The position numbers and the translations under genes were made by a program. From an uncultured delta proteobacterium (lineage in GTDB: Bacteria; Myxococcota; Myxococcia; Myxococcales; Anaeromyxobacteraceae), in contig CAWHDZ010000039.1 of NCBI GenBank assembly GCA_963828255.1, forward strand, positions 1 through 16,249: a DNA stretch of 16,249 bases, given 5' to 3'. The stretch's first letter is position 1; every line of letters starts with the position of its first letter. Below, piece after piece: positions 1 through 7,711 of the stretch. The notes under the pieces were generated by a model. That model did no database searches and was not told where the DNA came from. It worked only from the letters and a program-made list of their open reading frames with translations.

Positions 1-361
1 GCGTCTGGCTGAGGCCCACCCGGGCCACGCGCGAGCCCAGCTCCACGTCGAGCGCGCCGAGCCAGCGCTTGATCCGCTCGCCCGAGACGTGCAGGTAGGC
101 ACCCTCCACCGCCCCCTTCTCCCCGTGCGAGAAGAGGAAGCGGTCCAGGTGTCCGGTCATCTCCAGCCGGTAGCGGTAGAGCTTTCGGGGCGGCTCGCGG
201 GTCCACAGGCCCCGGGCGATGCCGGCCGCCGCGCCCGCCAGCGCCTCGGCGGCCCGGTCGGCGGCGCGCCGCTCGAAGAAGAAGGGCAGGAGCAGGCGGG
301 TCTGGGCCGCCGCCGCGAGCGGGGGCAGCAGGGCGTCCGTCGGTGCGGCGGCGTCTTTCAT
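1..361 (-). CDS. Hypothetical protein, 5' part only (runs off the window edge; not in the ORF track)
   Basis: Manual translation from ATG at 361 gives 120 stop-free codons: MKDAAAPTDALLPPLAAAAQTRLLLPFFFERRAADRAAEALAGAAAGIARGLWTREPPRKLYRYRLEMTGHLDRFLFSHGEKGAVEGAYLHVSGERIKRWLGALDVELGSRVARVGLSQT. GGAGG lies 6 nt upstream of the ATG and third codon positions are mostly G/C. Confidence 0.75.
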   Translation of the reverse strand, partial: MKDAAAPTDALLPPLAAAAQTRLLLPFFFERRAADRAAEALAGAAAGIARGLWTREPPRKLYRYRLEMTGHLDRFLFSHGEKGAVEGAYLHVSGERIKRWLGALDVELGSRVARVGLSQT

Positions 362-382
362 GGGTCCCCTCCGGGGTGGCGC

Positions 383-388
383 ATGTTA
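383..388 (-). promoter_or_regulatory. Candidate -10 element (TAACAT) for the minus-strand gene starting at 361
   Basis: TAnnnT hexamer in a GC-rich intergenic region, 21 nt upstream of the ATG. No convincing -35 identified. Confidence 0.35.
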
Positions 389-486
389 GCGGAGCGCCCC
401 TCGCCGCCGCCAGCCTGTCCCCGCCGTTACACGGCGCGTCATTTCTCGCCCGGCAGGGGGGCGAGGATCTTCCGAGGGGTGGGGGC

Positions 487-515
487 TTCGCTTCTACCTC
501 TCGACAATCTAGGAT
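487..515 (+). promoter_or_regulatory. Candidate sigma70-type promoter of the TRAP operon
   Basis: TTCGCT(487-492)-N17-TAGGAT(510-515) in a relatively AT-rich patch about 40 nt upstream of the dctP start. Confidence 0.45.
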
Positions 516-556
516 TTCGCCCGTCGGGTCGTGAACCCCACCGAGAGGAGCCAATC

Positions 557-1717
557 GTGAAGAGCAAGAAGGCAGATGCCGAGGTGAAGGCCCCATCGTC
601 GCGCCGCGATTTCCTGAAGAAGGCGACCGTCGGCGCAGCCGCCGCGGGCGCCGCCGCCGCGCTTCCCACCATCCACGTCGCGCAGGCGCCCATCGTCTGG
701 CGCTGGCAGTCCACATGGCCCACCAAGGACATCTTCCACGAGTACGCCCTCGACTACGCCAGGAAGGTGAACGAGATGTCGGGCGGCCGGCTCAAGATCG
801 AGGTGCTCCCCGCCGGGGCGGTCGTGAAGGCCTTCGACCTGCTCGACGGCGTGAACAAGGGCACGCTCGACGGCGGCCACGGCGTGGTCGTCTACCACTA
901 CGGCAAGAACACCGCGCTCGCCCTCTGGGGCTCCGGCCCGGCCTTCGGCATGGACGCCAACATGGTGCTGGCCTGGCACATGTACGGCGGCGGAAAGGAG
1001 CTGCTCGAGGAGATCTACAAGGCGATCAACATGGACGTGGTCTCGATCCTCTACGGCCCGATGCCCACGCAGCCGCTCGGCTGGTTCAAGAAGCCGGTGT
1101 CGAAGCTGGAGGACATGAAGGGGCTCAAGTACCGCACCGTCGGCCTCTCCATCGACATCTTCACGCAGATGGGCTGCGCCGTGAACGCGCTCCCCGGCGG
1201 CGAGATCGTTCCCGCCATGGACCGCGGCCTGCTCGACGCGGCCGAGTTCAACAACGCCTCCTCCGACAAGGCCCTGGGATTCCCGGACGTCTCCAAGGTC
1301 TGCATGCTGCAGAGCTTCCACCAGGCCAGCGAGCAGTTCGAGATCCTCTTCAACAAGAAGAAGTACGACGCGCTCCCCGAGGACCTGCGCAAGATCCTCT
1401 GGTACGCGGTGCAGGCCTCGTCGGCCGAGATGTCCTGGAAGGCCATCGACCGCTACTCGGCCGACTACAAGGAGATGCGCGAGAAGCAGGGCGTGAAGTT
1501 CTACAAGACGCCCGACGCGGTCTTGAAGAAGCAGCTGGAGATCTGGGACACGGTGGCCGCCAAGAAGTCGTCGGAGAACCCGCTCTTCAAGAAGGTGTAC
1601 GAGTCCCAGCGGGTCTTCGCCGAGCGCGCCGGAAAGTGGCAGTTCGACACGAACTGCGACTTCAGGGCAGCCCACGCCCACTTCTTCGCGCCCAAGGGCG
1701 CGCCCAAGAAGACTTAA
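557..1717 (+). CDS. dctP: TRAP transporter substrate-binding protein (TakP/FcbT1-like, probably binds a monocarboxylate or 2-oxoacid), Tat-exported, 386 aa
   Basis: GTG at 557 preceded by AGAGGAG (544-550). Twin-arginine signal SRRDFLKK followed by an Ala-rich h-region. DctP motifs WRWQSTWP, MSGGRLKIEVLPAGAVV, DMKGLKYRTVG (conserved carboxylate-binding Arg) and PGGEIVPAMDRGLLDAAEF. The ORF-track start at 89 is over-extended. Confidence 0.93.
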   Translation: MKSKKADAEVKAPSSRRDFLKKATVGAAAAGAAAALPTIHVAQAPIVWRWQSTWPTKDIFHEYALDYARKVNEMSGGRLKIEVLPAGAVVKAFDLLDGVNKGTLDGGHGVVVYHYGKNTALALWGSGPAFGMDANMVLAWHMYGGGKELLEEIYKAINMDVVSILYGPMPTQPLGWFKKPVSKLEDMKGLKYRTVGLSIDIFTQMGCAVNALPGGEIVPAMDRGLLDAAEFNNASSDKALGFPDVSKVCMLQSFHQASEQFEILFNKKKYDALPEDLRKILWYAVQASSAEMSWKAIDRYSADYKEMREKQGVKFYKTPDAVLKKQLEIWDTVAAKKSSENPLFKKVYESQRVFAERAGKWQFDTNCDFRAAHAHFFAPKGAPKKT

Positions 1718-1728
1718 GGCCCCTCCGG

Positions 1729-1759
1729 CCGGCCGCCCGGGTGACCGCCGGGCGGCCGG
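1729..1759 (+). terminator. GC-rich intercistronic hairpin (partial terminator or mRNA-stabilising stem-loop)
   Basis: Perfect 12-bp stem CCGGCCGCCCGG / CCGGGCGGCCGG with a 7-nt loop (GTGACCG), 11 nt after the dctP stop. No U-tract follows. Confidence 0.6.
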
Positions 1760-1801
1760 TTCCATCTCCTCGTCCAAGACGCCGCGCCGGGAGGCTTGAG
1801 G

Positions 1802-2437
1802 ATGCAGAAGATCCTTCTCCGTATCGACAGGGTCAGCACGTGGTTCGGCCAGACCGCCTCCTGGCTGATCGTGGCGCTGACCGTCCTCATGACCTGGGAG
1901 ATCTTCTCCCGGCGATTCTTCGACGCGCCGCACGCCTGGGTCTTCGACGCCCAGCTCCAGCTCTACGGCACCCTCTTCATGCTGGCCGGCGCCTACACGC
2001 TCTCGAAGAGCGGGCACGTCCGCGGCGACGTGCTCTACGGCTTCTTCTCCCCGCGCGTCCAGGCCAGCATCGATCTCACCCTCTACATCGCCTTCTTCAT
2101 CCCGGGGATCGTGGCGCTCACGTACGCCGGGACCATCTACGCGGCCGACGCCTGGAAGATCAAGGAGATGTCCTCCGTCATGGTGGACGGCCCCCCTGTC
2201 TACACCTTCAAGACCATCATCCCCATCGCCGGCGCCCTCATGGTGGTCCAGGGCTTCGCCGAGATCGCCCGCTGCGTCATCTGCCTCCGAACCGGCGCGT
2301 GGCCGTCGCGCGTCGAGGACGTGCAGGAGGTGGACGTCGACAAGCTGAAGAAGATGGTCAACGTGAAGGACGAGGACATCCAGGCCCTCGACAAGTTCGT
2401 CATCGAGCAGGAGAAGCAGAGGGAGCCGAAGCCGTGA
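1802..2437 (+). CDS. dctQ: TRAP transporter small permease, 211 aa
   Basis: ATG at 1802 with GGAGG 7 nt upstream. Four hydrophobic segments, motif LAGAYTLSKSGHVRGD, and position between dctP and dctM. Confidence 0.92.
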   Translation: MQKILLRIDRVSTWFGQTASWLIVALTVLMTWEIFSRRFFDAPHAWVFDAQLQLYGTLFMLAGAYTLSKSGHVRGDVLYGFFSPRVQASIDLTLYIAFFIPGIVALTYAGTIYAADAWKIKEMSSVMVDGPPVYTFKTIIPIAGALMVVQGFAEIARCVICLRTGAWPSRVEDVQEVDVDKLKKMVNVKDEDIQALDKFVIEQEKQREPKP

Positions 2438-4359
2438 AGATCCGCATCCGCAAGGAGCTCTGGTTCGGCTTCACCCTGATGGCGCTGATCCTCATCCCCA
2501 CGCTCTTCTTCCTCCCCGCGCCGTGGAACATGTCGGGCGGCCATCTCGGCCTCCTCATGCTGTGCCTGGTGGTGGTGGCCATCATGCTGGGCTTCCCCAC
2601 CGCCTTCACCCTCATGGGAATGGGGGTGCTCTTCGCGTTCCTGGCCTACCGCTTCCAGGCGCCGGCGCCCGAAGCCTTTCGCCAGACCCTCATGCTCATG
2701 GTGCAGCGGGCCTACGCGGTGATGACGAACGACGTCCTCATCTCCATCCCCCTTTTCGTCTTCATGGGCTACCTGGTGGAGCGGGCGGCCCTCATCGAGA
2801 AGCTCTTCAAGAGCCTGCACCTCGCCATCGGTCGCCTCCCCGGCTCGCTGGCCGTGGCCACCCTGTTGACCTGCGCGGTCTTCGCCACCGCAACCGGCAT
2901 CATCGGCGCGGTGGTCACGCTCATGGGGCTGCTCGCCCTCCCGGCCATGCTCCGGGCCCGCTACGACATCCGGCTGTCGGCGGGCGTCATCACCGCCGGC
3001 GGCACCCTGGGGATCCTCATCCCCCCGTCGGTCCTGCTCATCCTCTACGGCGCCACCGCCAGCGTGTCGGTGGTGCAGCTTTACGCCGGCGCCTTCTTTC
3101 CCGGCCTCATGCTGGCCACCCTCTACGTGGGCTACGTCATCATCCGGGCCTGGTTGAACCCGAGCCTCGCGCCCCAGCCATCGAAGGAGGAGGCGCACGT
3201 CGACCTGCCGGAGTGGGCCGAGAACCTCCCGGGCGGCCGCAACCGGCTCGCCATCCCGGCCATGCTCGAGGCCCTTCGCGGCAACCACCCGGGGATCTCT
3301 TCACAGAAGCTCCTGGGCCAGATCGGGCTCTCGCTCCTTCCGGCCGTCATGGTCCTCATCCCCATCCTCTTCCTCTACGACGCCTCCACGACCGTGACGG
3401 TCGTGGACACCGGGGGGATGGAGGAGGTCGGCTCCGAGGTCGAGCACTCCGAGGCGGAGAAGGGCGGCCTCGCCGAGCCGCCGTCCGACGGTCTCGAGGC
3501 CCCTCCCGGATCCGAGGCGGAGAAGCCCGCTGCAGCGCCTCCCGCACCCGCCGCCCCGGAGGCGCCCGCCCAGGCGGCCGCTCCGGCCCCCGCGGGGAGG
3601 GCCCCCATCCCCGCCTGGCTCTGGGGCGTGGTGGCGGTGGGGCTCGCGTTACTCATCGTGAACTACGCGTTCTTCACCGTCGAGCGATTCCAGGTCTTCA
3701 AGTTCCTGCTGGGCTCCTTCTTCCCCCTCTCGGCCCTGATCCTGTCGGTGCTGGGAAGCATCATCTTCGGCTGGGCCACCCCCACCGAGGCTGCCGCCAT
3801 GGGGGCCACCGGCGGGATAGTGCTCGCCGCGGCCTACGGCAAGCTGTCGATCCAGGTGGTGCGGGAGTCGGTCTACCTGACCGCGAAGACCACCGCCATG
3901 GTGTGCTGGCTCTTCGTGGGCTCCAGCATCTTCGCGGCCGCCTTCGCGCTGCTGGGCGGCCAGGAGATCATCGAGACCTGGGTGCTCTCGCTCAACATGT
4001 CGCCGATCCAGTTCATGCTTCTCGCCCAGTTCATCATCTTCATCCTGGGCTGGCCGCTCGAGTGGACCGAGATCATCGTCATCTTCATGCCGATCTTCCT
4101 GCCGCTCCTGGGCCACTTCAACGTGGACCCGCTCTTCTTCGGCCTGCTGGTCGCGATGAATCTGCAGACGGCTTTCCTGTCGCCCCCGGTGGCGATGGCG
4201 GCCTTCTACCTCAAGGGCGTCGCCCCACCCCACGTCACCCTGAACCAGATCTTCGCGGGGATGATGCCCTTCATGGCCCTCCAGGTCCTGGCCCTCTTCC
4301 TCCTCTACATGTTCCCGGGCATCGGCCTCTGGCTGCCCCGGGTCCTCTACGGGGGATGA
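2434..4359 (+). CDS. dctM: TRAP transporter large permease with a long internal insertion, 641 aa
   Basis: GTG start overlaps the dctQ stop (GTGA, 2434-2437). DctM motifs LISIPLFVFMG, GGTLGILIPPSVLLILYG, ATPTEAAAMGA and NLQTAFLSPPV. The ORF-track start at 715 is a GC-rich upstream extension. Confidence 0.93.
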   Translation: MKIRIRKELWFGFTLMALILIPTLFFLPAPWNMSGGHLGLLMLCLVVVAIMLGFPTAFTLMGMGVLFAFLAYRFQAPAPEAFRQTLMLMVQRAYAVMTNDVLISIPLFVFMGYLVERAALIEKLFKSLHLAIGRLPGSLAVATLLTCAVFATATGIIGAVVTLMGLLALPAMLRARYDIRLSAGVITAGGTLGILIPPSVLLILYGATASVSVVQLYAGAFFPGLMLATLYVGYVIIRAWLNPSLAPQPSKEEAHVDLPEWAENLPGGRNRLAIPAMLEALRGNHPGISSQKLLGQIGLSLLPAVMVLIPILFLYDASTTVTVVDTGGMEEVGSEVEHSEAEKGGLAEPPSDGLEAPPGSEAEKPAAAPPAPAAPEAPAQAAAPAPAGRAPIPAWLWGVVAVGLALLIVNYAFFTVERFQVFKFLLGSFFPLSALILSVLGSIIFGWATPTEAAAMGATGGIVLAAAYGKLSIQVVRESVYLTAKTTAMVCWLFVGSSIFAAAFALLGGQEIIETWVLSLNMSPIQFMLLAQFIIFILGWPLEWTEIIVIFMPIFLPLLGHFNVDPLFFGLLVAMNLQTAFLSPPVAMAAFYLKGVAPPHVTLNQIFAGMMPFMALQVLALFLLYMFPGIGLWLPRVLYGG

Positions 4360-5696
4360 ACCTCCACCGCCTCCTCCGCGCGCGCGCCGCGGCCGGACGG
4401 CCCCTGCGCGTCGCGCTCGTCGGGGCCGGCAAGTTCGGCTCGATGTGGCTATCGCAGGTGCCGCGCACCCCGGGCGTCCAGGTCGTCGCCGTCGCCGACC
4501 TGCGGCCCGACCGGGCCCGGGAGTCGCTGGCCCGGGTGGGCTGGCCCGCGGAGCGGTATTCCGCCTCGTCGATCGACGAGGCCGTGCGGAGCGGCGCCAC
4601 CTGGGTCACCGACGACGTGGAGCGGGCCCTCTCGGCCGGGCCGGTGGACGTGGTGGTGGACGCCACCGGCAGCCCCGCCGCGGGGATCCGCCACGTGCTC
4701 TCCTGCTGCAGGCACGGCAAGCACGTGGTGATGGTGAACGTGGAGGCCGACGCTCTGGCGGGGCCGCTCCTGGCGCGCCGGGCCGGCGAGGCCGGCATCG
4801 TCTACTCGCTGGCCTACGGCGACCAGCCCGCCCTCATCTGCGAGATGGTGGACTGGGCGCGCGCCTCCGGGTTCGAGGTAGTCGCCGCCGGGAAGGGCAC
4901 CCGGTACCTGCCGGCCTACCACCGCTCCACCCCCGAGACCGTCTGGGGTCACTACGGGTTCACGCCCGGGCAGGTGGCCGGGAGCGACCTCAATCCCCGG
5001 ATGTTCAACTCCTTCCTGGACGGCACCAAGTCGGCCATCGAGATGGCGGCGGTGTCGAACGCCACGGGGCTCACGCCAGCCCCGGAGGGGCTCCTCTTCC
5101 CTCCCTGCGGCGTGGACGACCTGGCCCGCGTGCTCCGTCCGCGCGAGGCGGGCGGCGCGCTCCACCACGCCGGCCAGGTCGAGGTGATCTCCAGCCTGGA
5201 GCGGGACGGCCGGCCGGTCTTCCGCGACCTGCGCTGGGGGGTCTTCGTGACCTTCGCCGCGCCCTCCGACTACGTGAAGCGCTGCTTCTCCGAGTACGGG
5301 CTCGTCACCTCTCCGGACGGCCGGTATACCGCGATGTACAAGCCGTTCCACCTCATCGGCCTCGAGCTCACCGTCAGCGTGGCCTCGGTGGGGCTGCGGG
5401 GCGAGCCCACCGGCAGGCCGGACGGGTGGCGCGCCGACGCGGCGGCGACGGCCAAGCGCGACCTGCGCGCGGGCGAGGTGCTCGACGGCGAGGGAGGGCA
5501 CCTCGTTTACGGTCGGCTCGTTCCGGCGGCCACGTCGCTCTCGGCGGGAGCGCTCCCCATCGGCCTGGCCCACGGAATGCAGCTCAAGCGGCCGATCGTG
5601 GAGGGCGCGCTGGTGCGGTGGGAGGACGTCGTGGTGGACGGGGAGGACGACGCGGTCCGCTTCCGGCGCGAGATGGAGGCGCTCGGCGCCGCCTGA
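4356..5696 (+). CDS. NAD(P)-dependent oxidoreductase, homoserine-dehydrogenase-like with C-terminal SAF domain (COG4091-type), 446 aa
   Basis: ATG overlaps the dctM stop (ATGA, 4356-4359). Rossmann motif RVALVGAGKFG, then VVVDATGSP, KHVVMVNVEAD, GDQP and DGTKSAIEM. SAF-like end ATAKRDLRAGEVLDGEGG...LPIGLA...LKRPIVEGALVRWEDV. Confidence 0.88.
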   Translation: MNLHRLLRARAAAGRPLRVALVGAGKFGSMWLSQVPRTPGVQVVAVADLRPDRARESLARVGWPAERYSASSIDEAVRSGATWVTDDVERALSAGPVDVVVDATGSPAAGIRHVLSCCRHGKHVVMVNVEADALAGPLLARRAGEAGIVYSLAYGDQPALICEMVDWARASGFEVVAAGKGTRYLPAYHRSTPETVWGHYGFTPGQVAGSDLNPRMFNSFLDGTKSAIEMAAVSNATGLTPAPEGLLFPPCGVDDLARVLRPREAGGALHHAGQVEVISSLERDGRPVFRDLRWGVFVTFAAPSDYVKRCFSEYGLVTSPDGRYTAMYKPFHLIGLELTVSVASVGLRGEPTGRPDGWRADAAATAKRDLRAGEVLDGEGGHLVYGRLVPAATSLSAGALPIGLAHGMQLKRPIVEGALVRWEDVVVDGEDDAVRFRREMEALGAA

Positions 5697-6578
5697 TCAG
5701 AGCAGGCGCAGCGCCAGCAAGAGCCCGATGGGCACGAAGACCAGGCTGGCCAGGTTTCCGATCAGCACGATCGACGCCACCTTCTGCGGCTCCTGGTCGT
5801 AGCGATCGGCGAGCAGGAAATTGAGCACCGCCGGGGGCAAGCTCCCGAAGAGGATGAGCATGGCGTGGGGGACCGGCCCGAGACCGAGCAGCTTCCCCAG
5901 CGGCAGGGCGACGAGCAATCCCACCAGCGGCCGCACCACCGCGCCGGCCAGGCCCACCTTCCAGTCGTTGATCGAGACGCCGACCATGCGCGCGCCCAGC
6001 GAGAAGAGCATGAGGGGCAGCGCCACCTGCCCGAGCATCTCCACCACCGTGCCCGCCGCGCCGGGAAGCGACCATCCCAGCGTGGAGAGCGCCACGCCGG
6101 CCACCGTGGCGATCACCATGGGGTTCTTCACGAGGTGCAGGTGGTGGGCGTCGCGCCGGACCAGGTAGGTCCCGACGGTGAACTGGAGCAGGTTCGAGGT
6201 GACGAACATGGCCACCGCGGCCGGAAGCATCTTCTCGCCGAAGGCGAGCAGCGCGAGCGGCAGCCCCATGTTTCCCGAGTTGTTGAACATCATGGGCGGC
6301 ACGAAGGTGCGCGGGCTGACCCGGAGCAGGCGCGACACCGGCCAGGCGAGCAGCCCCGACGCGAGCACCACCACCATGCTTCCCAGGATGAGCCCCTGGT
6401 TCTCGCGGAGCGAGAAGTCCTTGCGCGAGAGGGAGCCGAGGATGAGCGCCGGGACGAACACCTCCATGTTCATGCGGTTCACCCAGCCGATCTCCGGGCG
6501 GACCATGCGGCCGTAGAGCCACCCGGCCCCGACCACGCCGAACACCGGCAGGATGATCTGGAGGATGCGCTCCGTCAT
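5697..6578 (-). CDS. AEC (auxin efflux carrier) family transporter, 293 aa
   Basis: About ten hydrophobic segments. Motifs ILPVFGVVGAG, FNNSGNMGLPLALLAFG, KNPMVIA, LGQVALPLMLFSLG and LPPAV. Purine-rich RBS AGGGGGAG. Confidence 0.9.
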   Translation of the reverse strand: MTERILQIILPVFGVVGAGWLYGRMVRPEIGWVNRMNMEVFVPALILGSLSRKDFSLRENQGLILGSMVVVLASGLLAWPVSRLLRVSPRTFVPPMMFNNSGNMGLPLALLAFGEKMLPAAVAMFVTSNLLQFTVGTYLVRRDAHHLHLVKNPMVIATVAGVALSTLGWSLPGAAGTVVEMLGQVALPLMLFSLGARMVGVSINDWKVGLAGAVVRPLVGLLVALPLGKLLGLGPVPHAMLILFGSLPPAVLNFLLADRYDQEPQKVASIVLIGNLASLVFVPIGLLLALRLL

Positions 6579-6606
6579 CGCTCCCCCTGGGCCAGGAACC
6601 CGGCCG

Positions 6607-7653
6607 CTACCCCGCCGCCGCCGCGGTCTTGCGCCTGTGGTGGATCGAGGACCAGACGGAGAGGCCGATGAAGGCCGCGCCGATGAGCCCCGTGATGGCC
6701 TCGGGGACGTCGATCACCGTGCCGATCAGCATGAGCAGGGCGAGCGCACCGATGGCCCAGAAGGCGCCGTGCTCCAGGAAGCGGTAGGCGTCGAGGGTCC
6801 CCCGATCGACCAGCATCACGGTCAGGCTGCGGACGAACATGGCGCCGATGCCGAGGCCGATGGCGATGACGAAGAGGTTGTTGGTGAGGGCGAAGGCGCC
6901 GATGACGCCGTCGAAGCTGAAGCTGGCATCGAGCACCTCGAGGTAGAGGAAGCTCGCGGCGCTGGCCCGGTGGACGTTCTTCATGGCGTCCTCGTCCACC
7001 TCCATCGCGGCGCCGATGCCGTCCACCAGGATGAAGGTCACCAGCCCGAAGATGCCCGCCACCAGGAAGGCGTGGGCCTTGTCGGCGTGGACGTAGCGGG
7101 AGAAGGTGTAGAGCGCGACCATCATGACCCCCAGCGCGCCCGCCTCGAACTTGCCCAGGCGGGACAGCTGGATCTCCACCGGCACGATCCAGTGGACCTC
7201 CTTCTCCGCGTCGAAGAAGTACTTGAGGCAGACCATGCCCAGGAAGGCGCCGCCGAAGGCCCCCAGCGGCACGTGTGCACTGGTCAGGATCCGCGCGTAC
7301 TCGGCGGGCTCGAGGGCCGCCAGCCGGAGCGCCTCCCACGGGTTCACCCAGGCGACGACGCTCACCACCACGAGCGGAAAGACGATGCGCATCCCGAACA
7401 CGGCGATGGCGATGCCCCAGGTGAGGAACCGATGGCGCCAGATCGGCGTCATGTCCCGGAGCACCGACGCGTTCACCACGGCGTTGTCGAAGGAGAGCGA
7501 GACCTCGAGGACGGAGAGGACCGACACGATGAAGACCGTGCCCAGGACGCCGGGGCCGGTGTGCCGGTAGTACCAGCCGACCGCGGCGCCGCCCACGATT
7601 CCGAGCGCCGTGACGATGAACGACCCCGTGAAGTACTTGAGGTTGGCCCGCAT
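6607..7653 (-). CDS. DUF475 family TerC-like integral membrane protein, 348 aa
   Basis: Motifs LEVSLSFDNAVVNA, WRHRFLTWGIAIAVFGMR, FLYLEVLDASFSFDGVIGAFA, GLGIGAMFVRSLT and LEHGAFWAIG. Start placed at ATG 7653 (MRANLKYF) because the ORF-track extension to 7800 overlaps the divergent gene. Confidence 0.88.
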   Translation of the reverse strand: MRANLKYFTGSFIVTALGIVGGAAVGWYYRHTGPGVLGTVFIVSVLSVLEVSLSFDNAVVNASVLRDMTPIWRHRFLTWGIAIAVFGMRIVFPLVVVSVVAWVNPWEALRLAALEPAEYARILTSAHVPLGAFGGAFLGMVCLKYFFDAEKEVHWIVPVEIQLSRLGKFEAGALGVMMVALYTFSRYVHADKAHAFLVAGIFGLVTFILVDGIGAAMEVDEDAMKNVHRASAASFLYLEVLDASFSFDGVIGAFALTNNLFVIAIGLGIGAMFVRSLTVMLVDRGTLDAYRFLEHGAFWAIGALALLMLIGTVIDVPEAITGLIGAAFIGLSVWSSIHHRRKTAAAAG

Positions 7654-7711
7654 GGAAGGTGGACGGTACCTCAATTCCCCTTCCCGGCGGAACCGTGGCA
7701 GGCTGCCTTCG

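Noticed and set aside
715..4359. 1214-aa ORF suggesting a giant fused TRAP protein
   Set aside because: The first 573 codons are an Arg/Pro/Gly-rich off-frame reading of dctP and dctQ. DctM-like sequence starts only at GTG 2434.
2523..5696. 1057-aa ORF, and a possible flgA label for its SAF domain
   Set aside because: Sequence upstream of ATG 4356 is an off-frame shadow of dctM. The protein is a Rossmann oxidoreductase with no signal peptide or flagellar context, so it is not FlgA.
7654..7711. yybP-ykoY (Mn) riboswitch ahead of the TerC-like gene
   Set aside because: Only 58 bp are available and I see no matching multi-stem structure. An Infernal/Rfam scan would settle it.
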